NCBI RefSeq assembly: GCF_018977255.1
Contig: NW_024704743.1
Span: 53,012,001-53,076,000, forward strand
Direction: 5' to 3'
Source: Callorhinchus milii
Lineage: Eukaryota
Length of the DNA stretch: 64,000 bases
Made by a program: the position numbers and the translations under genes. Each line of letters starts with the position of its first letter. Position 1 is the first letter of the stretch. Under the pieces are notes generated by a model. That model did no database searches, was not told where the DNA came from, and saw only the letters and a program-made list of their open reading frames with translations. Shown piece after piece: positions 25,941 through 39,129 of this stretch.

Positions 25941-26333
25941 ACAACTTGTATTCATATAGCGCCCTTCACTTGGATAGCATCTCGGAGCAATTATAATACC
26001 CCAGACAAAAAATTGGGTCATTCGCTTCACTGTTTGCGGAATTGTGCTGTAGTATACAGTCACTATAGAAATTTTATAAAGCACTTTGAGAGGTTTGAAG
26101 TTACAGGCACTATGCCAAATGCATGGATTATTACTATCAGAACTATTTAGTTTCATTCAGTTTTTACAAACGAAATGTGATCAGCATGATTCATTTTTAA
26201 CACATCAAGTTATGGATTGCACACATGTACACAGTCGCTGTGTGGAACAGAAAATTGAATAGGCTTTAAATTATGTAAATGTAGGCCTGGTGAGTTAAGC
26301 TGGAAAGATGAGACCCATTTAAACATTACTATC

Positions 26334-26632
26334 TTTTTTGGTCAGCTGGGTGTATGACACATGCAGAAATCCATCACCATGCTTAAGAGCACCTGAACCA
26401 GTTCTGTGCAAAACACTGCAGATGCTGGAAATCTATCAGTTCTATGCATCCCACCGATATATGTAAATTCCAGAGATTTACTGTAATACACACTCTCTCC
26501 TTAGAAGGACGTAGCCCCCTGGAGTCTAACCAGCTAAAACCGCATAGCTTGCCATTAATATTGCTGTCTGGCAAGCTTTCCACCTGCTTGTCCAGCTAGG
26601 ATCACCATAACCATTGGGGCTTTGGCTTGCAG
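26334..26632 (-). repeat. Family X copy, internally deleted
   Basis: TTTTTTGGTCAGCTGGGTGTATGACACATGCAGAAATCCATCACCATGCTTAAGAG...AGCTTGCCATTAATATTGCTGTCTGGCAAGCT...CCATTGGGGCTTTGGCTTGCAG. Confidence 0.8.
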
Positions 26633-27230
26633 CGCCTGTTATTTCCCACCCCAGAACCAGACATCTAGGTGGTCCGTGAGCAACAGCTCAGACCAGTCAA
26701 TCATCACCCAGAGCCGGGTCTCTCTGATGAGTGACAGCTATTATAGCCAACTGCTGCTCGGATCCCACCGTCCTGTTTAAACCCCAACAAAGTTTTTAAG
26801 CACACAGAGGTTTTATGTGGAATCAGCATCCCTGCAAATCAGCGCCCACATTTTACCTGAAAATGCCAAGCTCTTTCAGGGTGCCAGTCCACCACTAGTA
26901 ATGACTGCATGTTGTGTAGGCATACTGAGAAATTAACAAGAATACTCACAACTTTCCAATCTTAATTAAAGTGCTCCATTTTTCTTCTGTTGACTAAAAG
27001 CTGCTTTACAAATCTGGAGTCACTTTCAGAAAAGAAGCTTTGTGAGACATGTTCATTTACTGGTTTGGTCAATTGGGATTTTCTTGGTTGATGTGTAGGA
27101 CAGCTTTTTAAATAAAAATTTGACTGCTGTCCAAATGTGCAACATTCACAACAATCCAGAGTTATTTTTTGATATCAAGATTGAAACATGGAAAATTTTA
27201 GAAGCAGAGAAAATTGGGTACAATAACATT

Positions 27231-27549
27231 AATAATAATAATCCTTGCATTTGATATAGCGCTTTTCACGTCGGAGGATGTCCCAAAGCGCTTCACAGAA
27301 CACACTGTAAAGTGAATTGACTGTATATTTGTGGGCGAACGCGGCAGCCAATTGCGCACAGCAATGTCCCACAAACAGTCGTAGATTGAAAATGACCAAT
27401 TTATTATTGTTTTTATTTTTGGAGGGATTATTATTAGGCTCTGTGTGGAGTAAGGAAACTTGTCCAAGGTTTCGCCCTCTGCCTGGATTTGAACTCAGGT
27501 CTCTCACTTGCAAAGCGAGTGCTCTAACCACTGAGCTACAGGACTCCAC
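27231..27549 (-). mobile_element. Full-length young tRNA-Ala-derived SINE
   Basis: Near-identical to 2147-2464 and 34778-35098. Confidence 0.93.
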
Positions 27550-28726
27550 AATTACCCTAATATGCAGAACAATGAGACCCAGCAAGGCACTTTCGGTCAA
27601 AAAGCCAGAAACAGTTTCACATAAGCTACTTTCTGTAAATATAGAAACAAAAACAGGTGGAGAGGGGAATTTTATTCCAATTCTCCAGAGGTTTTAGTGC
27701 TGTTCTTAATCCAAAATTCTATTATCGCAATGGATTTGTTAAGGAAAAACCAAACCCATTAAAATATCTTCCCCATTTGATGTCGTTCCTCTTAAATCAT
27801 AATTCTACCACACCAGTAATTGCTGCAAATGAGAAAGCATCTTTATATTCAAGACCACTATCATCTGCACCTACTAGTTTACCACAGCAGAACTACAAAA
27901 ATCAGAACTACAAAGCACCAATGGGAGTAAATGACAAAATTAAGATTGACAGTTAAGGTTTAGCGTTAACTTCACATTCAACTCCTCTGGCCTAGATGTT
28001 CTGGTGAATGCTGTGCCATGCAATTACTTAAACAGTTTCATGTAGAAAAACTCAAACAAAGTTTTGAAAAAAAAATGACAGGTCTCTTGAGAAGTATAGA
28101 TCTAATTCAAGGTCTGAATAAGACATACAAATATCAAAGAATAATGTGGATGTATTCATGTAAGTCACAAAAATAACTTCCAGATACTGAATTAGCTCAT
28201 CAAAGCATTATAATTGCAAGAGCGAGGTGACCATCTAGTTTCCATTCCTGACTGTGAATCTAGCGACTAGCTCACAAAAATGGAGGTGTATGATCCTAAA
28301 TTCACCTTCGTCTTAGCTTGTAAGGCCATTTTGTCTCAACATTTAAGTATTCACAGTAATGAAGAAATCTTAAATTCAGTCTTCATTTGGAAAACAGCTT
28401 TCTCAAGTTCTTAAAAAGAACCCATTTCAAAATTAAGACTGAATTTATTATTATTATTGTTATTATTATTATTTTAAGAATTGTTCAGAATTCCACATGA
28501 CCTTAAATTTTAAGACAAAGTGGTTTACAGGGAAAGGATAAGTAGAATTCTGGTGTGCTGGGTTCTCAACTTTGAATTGCAGCATCACAAAACAGTAATT
28601 TTCATACTTGTCTTAAGGGACTAGTTGCGTCTCAGTCAGGTAACAAGAAAATTACATTTGTATTGCGACTTTCACATCAGGAGGATGTCCCATGGCGCTG
28701 GACAATCAGGTAACCTGGCTAAGTAC

Positions 28727-29210
28727 ATAATAATCCTTGCATTTGATATTGCGCCTTATCACATCTTCAAGACATCTCAAAGAGCTTCACAGAATACACT
28801 GAAGTGAATTGACTGTCTATTTTGTAGGCGAAACACAGCAGCCAATTGCACAGAGTAGTGTCCCATAAACATTCTTGAATTGAGCGACCAATTTATTATT
28901 ATTATTTATTTTTTGATGGAGATGTAAAAGTGTTTCCAAGTATCAGCAAATCGACAAAATATTGACAGCATCCATGTTCGTGATCATGGCGCTACTTAGT
29001 TTCTCCCAGTTTCCTGGCCAATAATCCCTGAAATATAATTGTGGTCACTCACTTCATGGCTGTTGGTGGGACATTGTTATGCACAAATTGGCTGCAGCAT
29101 TCACCCACAAAACACACAGTTACACCACTTTACAGGATATTCTATGAAGCTTGTTGAAACATCTTGACAACATGATAAAGTGCTATATCAAAAGCAAGGT
29201 TTATTATTCA
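28727..29210. mobile_element. Cluster of older SINE fragments (minus 28727-28915, plus ~28975-29210)
   Basis: Two oppositely oriented SINE bodies/tails. Confidence 0.65.
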
Positions 29211-30363
29211 TTATTGGCAAAATTCAGAGAAAGAACCATACAAAGTTTACTGCACAGACTGAAGCCATTCCTCCCATTGAGTCTGTACCAGTGCCTGTTC
29301 CCCTACTAGAGATGCAGTATCTACTCTAATCCAAGTCTCCTGGTTGTTCTCAAAATTCCTTAATAACGTGTCGCCCACAAAATATTCAGTCAATTCACAT
29401 TACAGTATATTCTGTGAAGCGCTTTGAGACGTCTTAGAAGAACGTGAAAAGCACTATATCAAATGCAAGGATTATTATTAATTATCAATTTCCTTTTAAA
29501 TGCCATCATTGACTCAGCTTTAACAGTCATGTATGGTAAAGCATAACATATTCCAGCAACCCTCTCTATATAAAAAAAACTTTAATCTCCCTTTTTTGCA
29601 TTATGCTCCACAGACGAGTCAACTAAAAAAAGTTATAATCCATTAAATTGAACAGTCTTAATTGAACTTCAAGCAGTATTTAAAAATATCAAACTAGAAT
29701 ATTTCGGACACATTCTTGAGGATTAGTATGTCTAATAGTGAATTAATCACCCGTGTAGAAATTTATAGTAAAGTCCTCAGTTTATAAATCTCCTGATAGT
29801 CTCCAAATGCTGCAAAGAAATAATAATACTTGCATTTGATATAGCGCAATATGTATATTATATATATAATATTATATATAATATATATATTACATCGTTG
29901 AGTGAGTGGATTAAGTGACCAAATTATTATTAATTAGTTTATTTATTTTGAAAGGACTATTATCCCCAGAAAGTGATCTGCCAATCGACTAACAACCATG
30001 TTGCTACTTACTGCCAAGTCAACAGAGGTGTGGAGTAAGGAAACTTGCCTAAGGTTTCCCCCTGCCCTGGAATACTCTCGCTTGCGAGATGAGTGCTGTA
30101 ACCAATACGCTACAGGATTATTGGAAATATTAACTGGCAAAGGATTACATCGAAGATACCTCCCAAGTTCATAAAAACGTCTCTTCGCACACATCTCCCT
30201 GACTATATCACACATAATACCAAATTTGTTAAGCATCCAAATCAGTTTGCTACAAGGCCATCGACATGTATCTTATCTTACGCTATGCATTTATATTCGA
30301 GAAGGTCCGGCTCAATTCATACCTTCAATATATAGAATACCCATTTTGTCATTCAGCCAATAG

Positions 30364-30638
30364 AACAACAACAACAACAAGATTGCATTTATAGAGCGCC
30401 TTTCACGTCGGGAGGACGTCCCAAGGCGCTGGACAGTTGGGTCGGGACACGAGCAGCGGGGAAACGGTCAGGGTGGGGGGAGGGAAGGGAGGGAGCGAGG
30501 AGGGGGGAAACGGTCAGGGTGAGGGGAGGAAGGGAGGGAGCGAGGAGGGGGGAAACGGTCAGGGTGAGGGGAGGGAAGGGAGGGAGCGAGGAGGGGGAAG
30601 AGAGTCGAGAGAGGAGCTGAAGGCTCGGTCGAAGAGAA
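30364..30638 (-). mobile_element. Short L2 3' end (3' UTR minisatellite plus tail)
   Basis: (AAC)n GATTGCATTTATAGAGCGCCTTTCACGTCGGGAGGACGTCCCAAGGCGC followed by GGTCAGGGTGAGGGGAGG repeats. Confidence 0.88.
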
Positions 30639-31334
30639 CAGCCAATCAAACACGAAACCAGACCAATTTGACAGCCATGAGCTCAAACAATGGGGACAGA
30701 AAGTGCAAAACACCCGCACTGTTGATTTGAGAGCCCCCACCTCTCCCCCGAAAGAAAAAGATAATAAATCGAAGACAATTAGGGTTTGATGATACATTGC
30801 TGGTCTCCGACCCAGTGGAGCAATGTGGTCATTCTCCCCCTCCCCTCCCCCCCCACACACACACACACACCACACACACACACACAGGGTCAGGTCACTC
30901 AGTGGGATTGCACAGGGCTCCAGTGCAGCCTATTTCCTGAATGAATTTCTCCTCCAGACACACACACACACTCACACACACAGCCCTTCCCTAGTGACGG
31001 GCAGCAGTATTACTAATTCTACAGGACACGCGATGACTGGAACAATTATTAAATAAAGATCATACAAAAAAAAAACCCCGGTCAGAAACACACACCACCA
31101 ATACAATCTCTCTCTCTCTCTCTCTCTGTGTCTCTTCCTACCAGAGGTTACATTGCAAAACTTTTCTCTCTTTTTTTTTCTTTCTTTCTTTCTTCATAAA
31201 AGGTGGCAATAACGTGTACACTTTCCGCTCGGGTGGTGGTGGTGGTGGTGATTGTTGCAGAAGAAGGTTTAAGCGCCACCCGCCACGTAATGTTAACAGA
31301 TACTACTTTTGAGGAGGAGAGAGAGAGGCAGCGC

Positions 31335-31510
31335 ACACACAGACACAGTCACACACACACACACAGTCACACACACACACACACACACACAGTCACACAC
31401 ACACACACAGTCACACACCCACACAGTCACACACCCACACCCACACACACAGTCACACACACACACAGTCACACACCCACACACACACACACAGAGAGTC
31501 ACACACACTC
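31335..31510. repeat. (CA)n / CAGTCACACA compound microsatellite
   Basis: Read directly from the sequence. Confidence 0.9.
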
Positions 31511-31519
31511 AATAAAAGT

Positions 31520-31800
31520 TTGACCTGATCGCGTGTGAGAGATAAAGAAAAGGTCGGTTAACAATACGAGGCGGTGAAGATGCGGCACAAACCTGCGAGG
31601 TGGAGAGGGAGAGGAAGCGTGTGCTGTGCTGTGCTGTACTGTGTGTGAGAGACGCGCTGTCGCGGGGGCGAGCGGCTGATGGAAGGTGGAGCGCGCGCGC
31701 GCACTGCGCCGCGGAGATGGAACCACGGGGACAATCGACGCGTTCCGAGGCCCCCGGACCACGTTCCACAGGCGGAACAGGGTGTTGGCATAGTGCCCCC
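31520..31800 (-). promoter_or_regulatory. CpG-rich promoter / first-exon region, probably of a minus-strand gene
   Basis: Dense CpG (CGCGGGGGCGAGCGG, GCGCGCGCGCGCACTGCGCCGCGG) in an otherwise CpG-poor window; candidate minus-strand exons lie at lower coordinates. Confidence 0.55.
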
Positions 31801-33143
31801 TCCCACCCCACCCCACCCCCACCCCAACACACACACACACCAACCCCCCCCCACCACCACCCCCACACACACACACCAACACACACACACACCAACCCCC
31901 CCCCCACCCCCACCCCCACACACCAACACACCAACCCCCCCCACACCCACACACCAACACACCCCCCCCACACACACACACACCCCACACACACACCAAC
32001 ACACACACCCCAACCCCCCCCACACTAACACACCAACCCCCCCACACACACACCAACACACCCCACACCCCCACACACACACACCCCACACCCCCCCCCC
32101 ACCCCCACACACACACCACACCACACACACCCCACCCCCCCACCCCCACACACACCCCAACCCCCCCCCCACACACACACACCCAACACACCACACCAAC
32201 CCCCACCCCCCCCCACACCCCAACCCCCCCCCACACACACACCCAACACCCCACACACACACCACCCACACCCCACACACACACACACCAACCACACACC
32301 CACACACACTCACACCCCCCCACACAACACACCCCAACCCCCCCACACACACACACCCCAACCCCACCCCCACAACACCACCACACACACACACCAACAC
32401 ACAACCCCCCACACACACACACACCCACACAACCCACACACACACACACACACCAACCCACACCAACCCCCCCCCACACACACACACACCAACCCACACA
32501 CACCCCAACCCCCACACACACCAACACACACATGCACCAACACACAAACCCCCCACACACACACACCCCCCCCCACACACACACACCACCCCCCACACAC
32601 ACACCCCCACACCAACCCCCCCCCCACACACACACCCAACCCCCCCCCACACACTAACACACACCCAACCCCCCCACACCACACACCCCAACCCCCACCC
32701 ACACACCAACCTCCCCCCCACACACACCCACACACTAACACCAACCCCCCCCCACACCAACCTCCCCCCCACACCCACACCACCCCCGCACACACACTCT
32801 ACACACCAACCCCATACACACACCCCCCCCACATACACACACCAACCCCACACCACTCCCCCCTCCCCCACACACACACCAACACCCCCCCTCACACAAC
32901 CCCTCCCCCCACACACACAACTCCACCCCCCCACACAACCCCACCCCCCCACACACACCAACCCCTCCCCCACCCCCCACACACCCCTCACCCCACACAC
33001 AACCCCACACACACAACCCCACCCCCCCACACACAACCCACCCCCACACACAACCCCACACACAACCCCACACACACAACCCCACCCCCCACACACACCA
33101 ACCCCCCCCCACACACAACCCCCCCCCCCACCACACCACACAC
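31800..33143. repeat. Degenerate C/A-rich low-complexity array (G/T-rich on the minus strand)
   Basis: Almost entirely C and A, with units like CCCCCCACACACACCAA. Confidence 0.95.
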
Positions 33144-34192
33144 ATGGGGTAGGTGTGGTGGGGGGGAGGGGGGGTGGTGGTGGAGGGGGTGGTGGTGGGG
33201 GGGAGGGGGGGGGGGATGGTGATGGGTGGGGGATGGTGTGGGGGAGGGAGGTGGGGGGGGGGATGGTGGGGGATGGTGGGGATGGGGGGGATGGTGTGGG
33301 GGAGGGGGTGGTGGGGGATGGTGGGGGGGGATGGTGGGGGATGGTGGGGGATGGTGGGGGATGGTGGGGGATGGTGGTGGGGGATGGTGGGGGATGGTGG
33401 GGGATGGTGGGGGGATGGTGGGGGATGGTGGGGGATGGTGGGGGATGGTGGGGGATGGTGGGGGATGGTGGGGGATGGTGGGGGATGGTGGGGGATGGTG
33501 GGGGATGGTGGGGGATGGTGGGGGATGGTGGGGGATGGTGGGGGATGGTGGGGGGATGGTGGGGGATGGTGGGGGATGGTGGGGGGATGGTGGGGGATGG
33601 TGGGGGATGGTGGGGGATGGTGGGGGATGGTGGGGGATGGTGGGGGATGGTGGGGTGGGGGATGGTGGGGGATGGTGGGGGATGGTGGGGGATGGTGGGG
33701 GATGGTGGGGGATGGTGGGGGATGGTGGGGGATGGTGGGGGATGGTGGGGGATGGTGGGGGATGGTGGGGGATGGTGGGGGATGGTGGGGGATGGTGGGG
33801 GATGGTGGGGGATGGTGGGGGATGGTGGGGATGGTGGGGGATGGTGGGGGATGGTGGGGGATGGTGGGGGATGGTGGGGGATGGTGGGGGATGGTGGGGG
33901 ATGGTGGGGGATGGTGGGGGATGGTGGGGGATGGTGGGGGATGGTGGGGGATGGTGGGGGGATGGTGGGGATGGTGGGGGATGGTGGTGGGGGATGGTGG
34001 GGATGGTGTGGGGGATGGTGGGGGATGGTGGGGGATGGTGGGGATGGTGGGGGATGGTGGTGGGGGATGGTGTGATGGGGGGGGATGGTGGTGTGGGGGG
34101 GGTGGTGGGGGGTGGGGGAGGGTGGTGGGAGGGGGGAGGTGTGGGGGGGGTGGTGGTGGGGGATGGTGGGTGGTGTGTGTGGTGGAGGGGGA
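33144..34192. repeat. G-rich minisatellite, core (GGGGGATGGT)n
   Basis: Roughly 60 near-perfect 10-mers between ~33330 and ~33960, degenerate at the edges. Confidence 0.95.
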
Positions 34193-34439
34193 CGTGCGGC
34201 TGAGAATAATGTAACATTTTGATAAACTTGACTTCAGAGATGACCTGATGTCATATCGGCTCTCACAGTGAGTGCACATGTGTTTCTGGGGGGGAGGGGA
34301 GGGGGGGGGTCGCTGTGTGTTGATGAGGGTCCCCCCCACCCCCCGAGACCTGGGCGTCTCTTGTCGGCGAGAGGTTTGACTTTGCGGTTAATGGGGCCGC
34401 GCTGGTGTATGACGGCTTCCCGTGTGCTGTTGAGCGGCT

Positions 34440-34727
34440 GCTGGGAGGGGGCGGGGCAGAGCGGCTCCCTGTCTGCACCTGATTGGACAAAGGGAAACAA
34501 CCAATGAAAGGCCAGAGTGTAAGACCTTGCTGCGGATTGGTCAATACCTGAGGGCCGGGAGGTGCAGCGTCACCGCTGATTGGCCTGTGCTCGGGCTGAC
34601 CTGATTGGCCGGGGCCGGGGAGGGGGCGGGGCCGTTTTACTCGCAGAGTCCCATCTGGTGCTTCAGTTGAAGGTTCTTTGAAGTTGCGCAGCTCCCAGAG
34701 AGGGACCGGGGGCCGCGCGCTGCCGCG
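34440..34727 (+). promoter_or_regulatory. CpG-rich promoter with five CCAAT boxes, GC boxes and CHR-like site, plus probable first exon of a plus-strand gene
   Basis: ATTGG/CCAAT at 34482, 34501, 34536, 34579 and 34604; GGGGCGGGG near 34448 and 34623; TTTGAA at 34677; donor GCG|GTGAGC at 34727/34728. Confidence 0.7.
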
Positions 34728-34777
34728 GTGAGCCCCGCGCTGGAGCTCGCGGCTCAGGGGCGCCGTCCAGACGTCTC

Positions 34778-35098
34778 AATAATAATAATAATAATCCTTG
34801 CATTTGATATAGCGCTTTCCACGTCGGGAGGATGTCCCAAAGCGCTTCACAGAACACACTGTAAAGTGAATTGACTGTATATTTGTGGGCGAACGCGGCA
34901 GCCAATTGCGCACAGCAATGTCCCACAAACAGTCGTAGATTGAAAATGACCAATTTATTATCGTTTTGTTTTGGAGGGATTATTATTAGGCGTGTGGAGT
35001 AAGGAAACTTGCCCAAGGTTTCGCCCTCTGCCTGGAATTGAACTCGGGTCTCTCACTTGCAAAGCGAGTGCTCTAACCACTGAGCTACAGGACTCCAC
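34778..35098 (-). mobile_element. Full-length young tRNA-Ala-derived SINE just inside the putative first intron
   Basis: Near-identical to the other young copies. Confidence 0.93.
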
Positions 35099-36224
35099 AA
35101 AAAGCGCTCCGCAGCATCTCGCTGGGCAGTGGCTGTATTTTCCAGCCAAACGCGACCACCACCAACTTCCTCACGGCAGTGTCCCGCAAACAGCCGTGAT
35201 GCGCTCTCGGTACATTTTTTTGTAGCCGATTATTATTATTTTTTTTGTGTGGGGGATCAGTCATTATCACCGTGCTTAAAAGTATCCAAACCGGAAAGTT
35301 CACCACACATATATATAGATATATATCTATATATATGGTTATGTCTACCAACTACACATGGAAATAATTGTGAATGGACAATAAAGACGATAGTGGACAA
35401 AGAGAAAACAGCTAAAACAACAAGAACAAAATTGCATTTGTATAGCCCCTTTCACGTAAGGAGGATATCTCAAAAGTGTTTTACAGGATTTACTGTAAAG
35501 TGTAGTGACTAGTATTTTGTAGGCCAATTCTGTGCACTTCTCTATCGACTACTTTTAACTGATTCCCCCATCTTTTTGGATACTTACTGATTCCACACTG
35601 ATTCCATAGTCCAATAAAATATTATTCCACGGAATTACGTTTGCAACTGCATCCTCCCGACATGAAAGGCACTATATGAAAGAGGTAGAGGTGGTGTCCC
35701 AGTGGCACCACCCCCACCTCCCAAGTGCAAGCACTAAGGATTTTTTTACAATGTGGATTGTCAGAATGATTCTTGACCCAATATTTGCAGCATGACACTC
35801 TGATCGCTAAGGGTTATCATAGAGGCAATTTTTGAGTGGGAAATTGGAATTAAAACAATGAACTCTTATTTACAATCTAGCAAAATTAGCAATTTGGGAT
35901 AATTGCAAGTGCATATAGATGCCTAACAAATTAGAACATTATAAATCAGTTGTAAATGAACATAGAATACCTGTAATCCTTTTCATTGGTAGTCAATTAC
36001 CTACATAAGGGAACCTGTAGTAATAAAAATAATTCTTGCATTGATACAGCACGTTTCATATCAGGAGGATATCTCAAAGTGCTCCACAGGATTTGACTGT
36101 GAAGTGTAATTAATGTGTATTTTTAGGTGAACGTGCAGCCAATTTATGCACAGCAATGTCCCACAAACAGCTATAAAATCAATTTTATTTCAGGAATTGT
36201 TGACCAGTGTTTTCTGTATATATA

Positions 36225-36870
36225 ACAACTTGCATTTATATAGCATCCTTCATGCAGGGTAGCGTCCTGGAACGCTTCACAGTGGCGGAGTCTAACAGCG
36301 AGCCAAGGGGAGAGGGAGAGGGAGGTGACCGCAAACATGATCAAAAAGGAAAGTCTTTAGGTATGATTTGAAGGTGGGGAGGGAGGGAGAGGACAAGGTG
36401 GAAGGGTTGAGGGAAAGAGTTCCAATGTTTCAGGGTGTATTGGCTGAAGGCATGGCCACCGATGGTGGAACGGAGGGCACAAGGGACAAATAGGAGGTCA
36501 AAGCCAGGCAAGTGGAGGCAGCGGGTGGTGGAGTGGGGTGTAAGCAGGTCGGATAGGTAGGGTGGTGCGAGGGAATTAAGAGGTTTGAAAACGAGTGAGA
36601 GAATCTTCAAGTTGATCAGTTTGGTGATTGGGAGCCAATGGAGCCTGGCAAGGACTGGTGTGATGGGGCTATGGAGTTTTGTGCGAGTGAGTATCCAGGA
36701 GGCAGAGTTTTGAATTAATTGGATTTTGTATATGCTGGAGCTGGGGAGACCAGTGAGGAGGGCATTGGAATAGTCCAGCCGAGAAGTGACGAAGGCGTAG
36801 ACGAGGGTTTCAGCTGCATCAGTTGTGAGGTATGGACGGAGACGGGCAATGTGGCGGAGGTGGGAAAAAG
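36225..36870 (-). mobile_element. Older L2 3' fragment
   Basis: Minus-strand translation KILSLVFKPLNSLAPPYLSDLL...RSTIGGHAFS; tail CAACTTGCATTTATATAGC. Confidence 0.82.
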
Positions 36871-36999
36871 CGATACTGGTCAGGTAGAAGTCTGCATATA
36901 TGTTTGCATAAGATTAATCCAACATACAAATTGTACACATAGGTTGTTAACCAAAGAAAAATAGAGCCCAATGTAGAGCTCGAGCAATTAGATTTCCAT

Positions 37000-37640
37000 A
37001 AAATTCAAATATTATTTATCAGCAGTTGACATCTGGTATTTTTATAAGACATTGATTAGACCGCTGATGGAATATTGTGTGAAAATTGGGAACTACATTA
37101 TAGAAAGGATATTGGAAAAATGGAGAGGATGCAGCAAAGATTCACAATGATGATACTGGATATGAAAGGATATAATTGTGAGGAGAGGCTACAGCAACAA
37201 CTTGCATTTATATAGCACTTTTCACACAGGGTAGTATTTTGGAGCGCTCAGAGACTAGAAAAGTTAGAGACTCCTCCCAGTCCTTGGAGAAAAAAGGTCA
37301 AGGAGTGATATGATAATGATGTTTCAGATAATGTAAGATTTGAGAGAATTAATCGTGAAAAAACCCTTTCTACTAGTAGGGGCTCGAGGACAAGAGTAAA
37401 TGAGTTCTGGATTGTGACTATGGGAGTAAAAGGAGAAATTTGGAAGAACATCTTCTCCTGGAGAGAGTATGAGATTATTTTCCTAGCTGTCAGAGCAGAG
37501 TTAGTGGTGTATTTAAAAAAGAATTGGACAAAGCAGGGAATTGGCATTGAAGTCAAAGGCTTGTTGGAGGAGATAACAAACAATGACTCAAATAATGGAC
37601 CAAATGGCCTCCTAGTGTATCATACATTTCTATTGTCCTA
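37000..37640 (+). mobile_element. Degenerate CR1 ORF2 C-terminus and 3' end (with an L2-type tail inserted at ~37195-37250)
   Basis: TATAAGACATTGATTAGACCGCTGATGGAATATTGTG (YKTLIRPLMEYC)...AAGGATATTG...GAGAGGATGCAGCAAAGATTCAC (ERMQQRF); 3' end ATGGACCAAATGGCCTCCT. Confidence 0.75.
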
Positions 37641-38452
37641 TGGGTCAAGAAACACACAGCAGAAATAAAGCTTGACATAAAGGTTTTCAAATACTGAATT
37701 GGAAGATTCATAAATATTTGATCTCTGAGATTTTTCCATCAGCTCTGTGCGCAGCTAAGCATATAATTGAGCAACGTTTTTAAAGACTTGACAAAGAGCT
37801 GAGGAGCTGCATACCAATGCATGCAGTAAAGTTCATTAGTACACAGCATGCAGTATTTCAAAAGGATTTAACTGCGGCTGATAACATTGGAGAAGGGTTT
37901 CCTCCAGACAATTGTTTTGTAGATGTTCCTAGAACTAAAGGATCTCTGAATATTTGTTTTTAGTTTTTAGTTACTGATAATTATGTTTCTATTGCACTAA
38001 AGACCAAGATGCATCCAATTAGATCAATCTTAAAGAGCACATGACACTATTCAAAAAGAGAAGTAACGTTTTCTGCTGTCCTGACAAGATAAAAAATAAT
38101 TGGTCATTCACTTCATAGTTGTTTGTGGGACATTGCTGTACACAAATTGGCTGCTCTGTCCCTATACACAGTCACTGCACTTTACAGTAAAACTCAAAAC
38201 CATCCCATGATGATGTGCCAATAGCTTACAATCATTGCTCGCTCTTGACCCAGGTGGAATTCCATCTCCTTCGTATGTAATCAACACGTGTGAAATATTA
38301 AATATAGATAACCAGAAAGGGATACAACATTTGGAGAACTTAATGAGTTTTATTAAAATTGTATACCATGGATTAGATATACTATATTGTAAAGCTCTCA
38401 CAATGCCACTCTAAAATTGCATATTAGCACTAACCTTAGAAGAATAACTACT

Positions 38453-38639
38453 GTGGAGTTCTATAATTCAGTGGTAAGAGCACTCGGTTCGCAAGCGAGT
38501 GACATGGGTTTGATTCCTGACAGGACAAAATGTTGGGCAAGTTTCCTTACTCCACACATATTCTGTGAAGCACTTTGGGAGATCTCGAAGACATGATAAG
38601 GAGCTATATCAAATGCAAGGATTATTATTATTATTATTA
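38453..38639 (+). mobile_element. tRNA-derived SINE with internal deletion
   Basis: Head joined directly to the tail after ...CTTACTCCACAC. Confidence 0.8.
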
Positions 38640-39129
38640 CTATATTAATATCACGTTTCAGTTCCTCGCACTAGATGTTCCTCTAGATTCTTTTTAATTG
38701 GAAATATAATTTGAGTCTTGGGGAGTTTATAAATGACTTGGTACATGACGATACGTACTTTAAGGTTTACATTTGCTGTCTTACTCACTTGTGAGATCAA
38801 AGAGATTATGTAACAGCAGATAGAGATCAAATTGAGGTTGTGAAATACAAGCTGATTTGGGTCTGGGAATTGGATGGGGTGCTGCCCTTCTGGGAGTTGG
38901 CTGTTGAAACTTCTATGTTTATCACTTGCACCCAGATACCCTTTGGCTGCGGAGGTGAGACATGGTGTACTTTTGAAGTAGTTTCAGTAGTTTTGTAGAA
39001 AAGCAAAATCAAGAAAAACTCCTTGTGGGCAGAAATGTACTATAACTGTGAAGTTGTGTTTCATAATTAGCTGTTTGTTTCTTCATACTCACATATCTTT
39101 ATTTGCTGTGTTGTTGCTTTGTTTTGTTT

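Noticed and set aside
33330..33960. Regular direct repeats considered as a CRISPR array or telomeric repeat
   Set aside because: Head-to-tail 10-mer with no unique spacers, in vertebrate DNA, and not TTAGGG.
31499..34339. Long ORFs (up to 798 aa) rich in P/H/T or G/W/M/V/D on both strands
   Set aside because: They are translations of stop-free low-complexity repeats, open in several frames at once, with no sign of real coding.
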